Source of the DNA: an uncultured Acidobacteriota bacterium
Lineage (GTDB): Bacteria > Acidobacteriota > Thermoanaerobaculia > Gp7-AA8
Reading direction: 5' to 3'
NCBI GenBank assembly: GCA_963822445.1
Contig: CAWGHO010000001.1
Coordinates: 256,001-320,000, forward strand
DNA: 64,000 nucleotides
A program made the position numbers and the translations under genes. The notes below the pieces were generated by a model. The model was not told the DNA's origin. It was given only the letters and a program-made list of their open reading frames with translations, and made no database searches. Shown piece after piece: positions 59,481-64,000 of the stretch. Within the stretch, counting starts at the first letter, position 1, and every line of letters begins with the position of its first letter.

Positions 59481-59744
59481 ATGGCGAACCATCGCGCCAC
59501 ATCCCGCCGATTCACCGTTTCAACCTCTCCATCCGAGATCGCCCGTCAGGAAGTCGAAGATGCGCTGGCCGCGACGCCGTCGGAAAGAATGGAAGCTCTC
59601 ATCGCCCTGCTCGACGCGGCGTACGAACTTTGGGGTGTGAGAGGATTCGACCGTGACCACGTCTCTCAACAACGAAGGCGTGGCCTATGTAGTGATCGGC
59701 GGGATAGCGGTCCTGGCGCACATCCCTTACCGAACGACGCGTGA
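59481..59744 (+). CDS. Small hypothetical partner of a nucleotidyltransferase (3' end possibly deleted)
   Basis: TPSERMEAL motif. Reads into an off-frame of the next gene. Confidence 0.45.
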   Translation: MANHRATSRRFTVSTSPSEIARQEVEDALAATPSERMEALIALLDAAYELWGVRGFDRDHVSQQRRRGLCSDRRDSGPGAHPLPNDA

Positions 59745-60069
59745 CCTCGATGTCCTGATCGAGCCGACGTTGGCCAATGCGATGAAGGCACGACGAGCCG
59801 TCGCGGCCTGGGGTTCATTTGATCCTGCTTACTCCGCCGAGGAATTCATCTCTGGCAACATCCTCTCGTTTGGTGGGCTTCTACGGGTCGAGAGTCACAG
59901 CCGCGTTCCCGGTGTGGAGTGGAGCGACGTGTGGAACGGCCGGGTCGAGAGCGAGTTACTTGGAGTACCAACTGCATTCGCCGGGGTGAATGAGCTCATC
60001 CGCGGCGCGCATCTCGCATCGGGTTTGCCCGGCGCACGTGAGATTGTGAAAGTTTTCCCAATTGCATAA
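59653..60069 (+). pseudogene. Minimal nucleotidyltransferase-like protein, apparently truncated
   Basis: YVVIGGIAV...RTTRDLDV (GG/DxD). Protein-like text ends at NELIR, without the K...R.KD..D tail usual in this family. Confidence 0.6.
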
Positions 60070-60134
60070 AATCGCCGCCCCACCGAAGTGGTTCAGCGCC
60101 GCACCGAAGGCAAGCGCTTCCATCGAGAACACTT

Positions 60135-60722
60135 ATGCCAGTCAAGACGATTGAACGAGCCGACTCGATCATCCCTCGCAAAACGGGCTACGCGCCCGGC
60201 GAAGGAGCCGAGAAAGGCCTCATCACCCTCCCCGGAGAGGCCGATCGCGAGGTCGACGACCTCGGCAGCGGGACCTACCTCACCACCAGGCTCGACGCCG
60301 TCGTCGACTGGGCCCGCGGCAACTCGCTCTGGCCCCTGCCTTTCGGCACGGCCTGCTGCGCGATCGAGTTCATGTCGATGGTCTCGTCGCACTACGACAT
60401 CTCCCGCTTCGGCGCGGAAGCAGTGCGCTTCTCCCCGCGGCAGGCCGATCTGATCATCGTGGCCGGGACCATCGTCGACAAGCTCGCGCCGGTGCTCAAG
60501 AAGATCTACGACCAGATGCCCGAGCCGAAGTACGTCATCGCCATGGGCGCCTGCGCAACTTCGGGCGGCTTCTACCGCGCTTACCACGTCGTGCAGGGCA
60601 TCGACGAGATCATCCCCGTCGACATCTGGGTGCCGGGCTGCCCGCCGACGCCGGACGGTCTGATGTACGGCATCCTCAAACTGCGCGAGAAGATCCAGCG
60701 CGGGGAGATTCGGCGCGGATGA
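60135..60722 (+). CDS. nuoB: NADH-quinone oxidoreductase subunit B
   Basis: [25 protein letters not shown]. Confidence 0.95.
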   Translation: MPVKTIERADSIIPRKTGYAPGEGAEKGLITLPGEADREVDDLGSGTYLTTRLDAVVDWARGNSLWPLPFGTACCAIEFMSMVSSHYDISRFGAEAVRFSPRQADLIIVAGTIVDKLAPVLKKIYDQMPEPKYVIAMGACATSGGFYRAYHVVQGIDEIIPVDIWVPGCPPTPDGLMYGILKLREKIQRGEIRRG

Positions 60723-62497
60723 GCACCTTAACGAAGTTCAGCGCCATCCCCTACACCGGCCCCGCGCCGACCAACCGCGCGCCTTACGTTCCTGCGGATG
60801 CGCAGCTCATGGACGCGCGCGGCGCCGAGATCTCGTCGAGGGTCCCGAACCTCGTTCAGGAAACCACCCAGGACCTGCCGACGTTCATCGTCGACAAGGC
60901 GAACATCATCGGCGTCCTGCAGGCCCTTCACGATCATCCCGAGCTCCAGTTCACGATGCCGCTCGATCTGTTCGGCGCCGACTACCCGAATCGCGAAAAG
61001 CGGTTCGACGTCATTTACCAGCTCTACTCGCTGCAGAACAATGAGCGCATCCGCCTCAAGGTCCGCGTCGCCGAAAACGAGAACGTTCCCACCAGCGTCC
61101 ACGTGTTCCAGGGCTACGACTGGTACGAGCGCGAAGTCTTCGACATGTTCGGAATCAAGTTCGACGGGCATCCGAACCTGCGCCGCATCCTCACTCACGA
61201 TGAGTTTCAGGGCCACCCTCTGCGCAAGGACTACGACGCCGCGCAGCGCTGGCTGCTGACCGACGGCGGCATCTCGAAACTGGTTCCGAAGATCGCTCCC
61301 GAGTTCGTGCAGGAAGAAGAGGACTCTGATTTCGAGCGCGTGACGCTGAACCTCGGCCCGTCCCATCCGGCGATGCACGGAACGCTGCGCGTGGTCGTCA
61401 CGCTCGACGGCGAGACCATCGTCGGCACCGAGCAGGAGATCGGTTACCTGCACCGCTGCTTCGAGAAGATGTCCGAGACGCACACCTATCAGCAGGTCAT
61501 CCCGTTCACCGACCGGCTGAACTACTGCTCGGCGTTCATCAACAACGTCGGCTACTGCATGGCCGTGGAGAAGATGCTCGGCATCACCGCGCCGGAGCGC
61601 GCGCAGCACGTCCGCCTGATGCTGTCCGAGTTCTACCGGATCGCGGACCACATCGTCTGCATCGGCACGAACCTTGTCGACCTCGGCGCGCTCACCAACT
61701 TCTGGTACCTCTTCCAGCCGCGCGAAGAAATCATCGCGCTGGCCGAGTCGTGCAGCGGCGCGCGTCTGCTGCCGACCTACCTGCGCATCGGCGGACTGGC
61801 TGTCGACCCGCCGGCCGACTTCCTCTCGAACTCGCAGAAGATCGTGAACATGCTTCCGAAGTTCGTCGACGAAGTGGAAGCGCTGGTGATGAAGAACCGC
61901 ATCTTCCGCGAGCGCGTGGAAGGCGTGGGCGTGCTGTCGCAGAAGGATGCTATCAACTTCGGCTTCACCGGTCCCTGCCTGCGCGCGACCGGCGTCCCGT
62001 ATGACGTGCGCAAGTCGAACCCCTACCTCGGATACGAGACGTACGACTGGGACGTGCCCATCGCCGACGGTGGCGACACGTACGCCCGGTTCCTGGTGCG
62101 GTTCGAGGAGATGCGCCAGTCGCTGCGCATCATCCAGCAGGCCATCAACCGCGGCCTGCCGCCCGGCCCGGTCATGGTCGACAACCCGTACGTGGCCCTG
62201 CCGCCGAAGTCCAAGGTCTACAACGAGATGGAATCGCTGATCTACCACTTCAAGCTGATCATGCACGGCATCCAGCCGCCGGTCGGCGAGACGTACTTCC
62301 AGGTCGAGGGCGGCAACGGCGAAGTCGGCTTCTACATCGTTTCCGACGGCACGAAGAACCCGTATCGGGTTCGCGCGCGGCCGCCCTGCTTCCCCATCTT
62401 CGAAGCGTACGGAAAGATGATCACCGGACAGACGATCCCCGACGCGATCGCGACTCTCGGGTCGCTCAACATCATCGCCGGAGAACTGGACCACTAA
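60719..62497 (+). CDS. nuoCD: NADH-quinone oxidoreductase fused subunit C/D
   Basis: [51 protein letters not shown]. Confidence 0.95.
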   Translation: MSTLTKFSAIPYTGPAPTNRAPYVPADAQLMDARGAEISSRVPNLVQETTQDLPTFIVDKANIIGVLQALHDHPELQFTMPLDLFGADYPNREKRFDVIYQLYSLQNNERIRLKVRVAENENVPTSVHVFQGYDWYEREVFDMFGIKFDGHPNLRRILTHDEFQGHPLRKDYDAAQRWLLTDGGISKLVPKIAPEFVQEEEDSDFERVTLNLGPSHPAMHGTLRVVVTLDGETIVGTEQEIGYLHRCFEKMSETHTYQQVIPFTDRLNYCSAFINNVGYCMAVEKMLGITAPERAQHVRLMLSEFYRIADHIVCIGTNLVDLGALTNFWYLFQPREEIIALAESCSGARLLPTYLRIGGLAVDPPADFLSNSQKIVNMLPKFVDEVEALVMKNRIFRERVEGVGVLSQKDAINFGFTGPCLRATGVPYDVRKSNPYLGYETYDWDVPIADGGDTYARFLVRFEEMRQSLRIIQQAINRGLPPGPVMVDNPYVALPPKSKVYNEMESLIYHFKLIMHGIQPPVGETYFQVEGGNGEVGFYIVSDGTKNPYRVRARPPCFPIFEAYGKMITGQTIPDAIATLGSLNIIAGELDH

Positions 62498-62499
62498 CC

Positions 62500-63150
62500 A
62501 TGGCGCTTACTCGCGTATCCCCCGGCGTGGTCAAGGTCGAGCGTGAAGCGATGACACTGGCCGAGCGCATCTACCTGCCGCAGGTCATCGGCGGCATGCT
62601 CCGCACGATCAAGCATCTGTTCAAGAACCTCTTCAACATGAAGGGGCTGCCGATCATCTCGTATCCCGAGGTGAAGCGCGTTTACTCGGAGCGCTTCCGG
62701 GGACGGCACATCCTCACCTCTCGCGAAGACGGCACCACGCGCTGCGTCGCGTGCTACATGTGCTCGACGGCCTGCCCGGCGGAATGCATCACCATCGAGG
62801 CCGGCGAGGACGAGCGCACGCGCGAGAAGTTCCCCGTGCGCTACGACATCGATCTGCTGCGCTGCGTGTTCTGCGGCTACTGCGTCGATGCGTGCCCCGA
62901 GGATGCGATTTACATGACCCGCGATTACGAGATGGCGATCGACACGCGCGCACGCGCCGTGGTCGGTCTCCGCGATCTGGTCGTGCCGCCGAACTTCCCG
63001 GTCGGCCCGATGGGCTGGCGGCCGTACTACGGCGCGATGGACAAGCGCGGCACCGCGGGCGGCACGGGACTCGGACAGCCGCTGCGCGAAGCGCCGTACG
63101 AGGATGATGCGCCGCCCAATCCGGATCTGTTTCGCGGCGGCGCGGCCTGA
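62500..63150 (+). CDS. nuoI: NADH-quinone oxidoreductase subunit I
   Basis: YPE...RFRGRH, CVACYMCSTACP, CVFCGYCVDACP. Confidence 0.93.
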   Translation: MALTRVSPGVVKVEREAMTLAERIYLPQVIGGMLRTIKHLFKNLFNMKGLPIISYPEVKRVYSERFRGRHILTSREDGTTRCVACYMCSTACPAECITIEAGEDERTREKFPVRYDIDLLRCVFCGYCVDACPEDAIYMTRDYEMAIDTRARAVVGLRDLVVPPNFPVGPMGWRPYYGAMDKRGTAGGTGLGQPLREAPYEDDAPPNPDLFRGGAA

Positions 63151-63174
63151 AGCCGGATATCATCGCCCGTCCCC

Positions 63175-63636
63175 ATGAAACCGCTCGAGACCACGGTCGA
63201 AGAGGTCCTTCGCAAGGCCATCCAGTCTGAAGTCGAGACGCGGGTGTACTACCAGAAGCTCGCCGAACGAGCCGCGACGCCAGCCGTTCGCGCGCGCCTG
63301 CTGCAGCTCTCCGATCTGGAGCTCGTGCACCGCGCGAAGATGGAGCGGAAGTACCGCGAGATGGTCGGCCAGCCGCCTCCGCCGCCCGAGCCGGTCGCGA
63401 TCGAGATTCCACCCGAAGTAGCCAACCTTGACATGACCCGCGCGCTGAAGAATGCGCTGGAGCGGGAGCGGGACTCGGAGAGTTACTTCCGCTTCATGGC
63501 CGAGCGCGTCCCCGGCCACACCGAGCTCGGAAAGCTTTTCATGGAGCTGGCCGAGATCGAGTGGAAGCACAAGACCGAGTTGCAGGCCGAGTACGACGCG
63601 ACCGGCGATCCGGACAAATTCCTCTTCGAGATCTAG
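63175..63636 (+). CDS. Ferritin-like/rubrerythrin family protein
   Basis: Two helix pairs: AIQSE...YY...ELVH and ALERE...YF...EWKH (ExxH twice). Confidence 0.88.
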   Translation: MKPLETTVEEVLRKAIQSEVETRVYYQKLAERAATPAVRARLLQLSDLELVHRAKMERKYREMVGQPPPPPEPVAIEIPPEVANLDMTRALKNALERERDSESYFRFMAERVPGHTELGKLFMELAEIEWKHKTELQAEYDATGDPDKFLFEI

Positions 63637-63657
63637 GCGGGCACGGCCCGCAGCGCT

Positions 63658-63761
63658 GGTTGCTGCGCAGGACGCACGTGCGGCTGCCAAGTCGGTTTGA
63701 GTCGCGCAGCCGCCAATTTCGAACCGACTTGGCAGCCGTACGTGCGCTCTGCGAAGCAACC
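63658..63761. repeat. Long imperfect palindrome (43-bp arms)
   Basis: 63658-63700 and 63719-63761 match at 38 of 43 positions by manual alignment. Confidence 0.85.
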
Positions 63762-63782
63762 CACGCAGCGGCGCGTCGCCGC

Positions 63783-63823
63783 AAAATTCAGAAGCCCGAT
63801 GGCGCTACGCGCGCCACCGGGCT
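63783..63823 (-). terminator. Probable terminator hairpin of a minus-strand transcript
   Basis: Minus strand agcccggtggcgc-gcgta-gcgccatcgggct-tctgaatttt. The single imperfect pair is G-U only on the minus strand. Confidence 0.6.
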
Positions 63824-64000
63824 GTCTGCTCTCTCTCATACAACACGCTGCCGGTTCTCGATACGGCACCGCTGTACTTGAGTTGTCATCCTAAGCACCC
63901 GTGGTCAGCGGGCCGGTGGTGCGCCATAAAAAAACGGTGAGTCGATGCGGGTCTGGCCGCGTCACGTGAGTCCCTCATACGGACCCCGTCAGAGAAGCGT

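Noticed and set aside
60728-62494. Long antisense ORFs (also 2871-4301, 6090-7703, 34042-35607, 40810-43086)
   Set aside because: Expected mirror frames from strong GC3 codon bias, with no recognisable motifs.
60719-62497. Group 4 NiFe hydrogenase large subunit
   Set aside because: Lacks N- and C-terminal CxxC nickel ligands and has the complex I quinone-site residues.
63820-64000. Known riboswitch, tRNA or tmRNA
   Set aside because: No consensus I can recognise. Kept only as an unassigned structured-RNA candidate.

Overview
GC-rich, gene-dense bacterial window. Gene content suggests Acidobacteriota, possibly Thermoanaerobaculia-like (inference). It holds about 55 genes: glgX; a rhodanese/MauE pair; a secreted M16 peptidase; a chromate locus (chrB, arsC-like, chrA); a DUF3857/transglutaminase/TPR protein; a 16.6 kb sugar locus (xylFGH-type ABC, two sulfatases, GH3, an antisense EEP phosphatase, GH144, an unclassified (alpha/alpha)6 GH, GH94); efp; a six-CHRD IPTL-CTERM surface protein; fabF; LytS/LytTR; a 2OG-oxygenase/methyltransferase/radical SAM/glycosyltransferase cluster; and an isolated nuoB-nuoCD-nuoI module followed by a ferritin-like gene. 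No tRNA, rRNA, CRISPR array or transposase was seen. The main non-gene signals are: (1) TANNNT -10 boxes 6-9 nt before at least 11 start codons, suggesting leaderless mRNAs; (2) several palindromic and short tandem repeat families that supply stop or start codons, a -10 box, or are translated inside proteins; (3) a multi-hairpin non-coding stretch at the right edge. The segment 10.6-12.3 kb is dense in frameshifts, probably from sequencing error. All product calls come from motif recognition by eye, without database searches.
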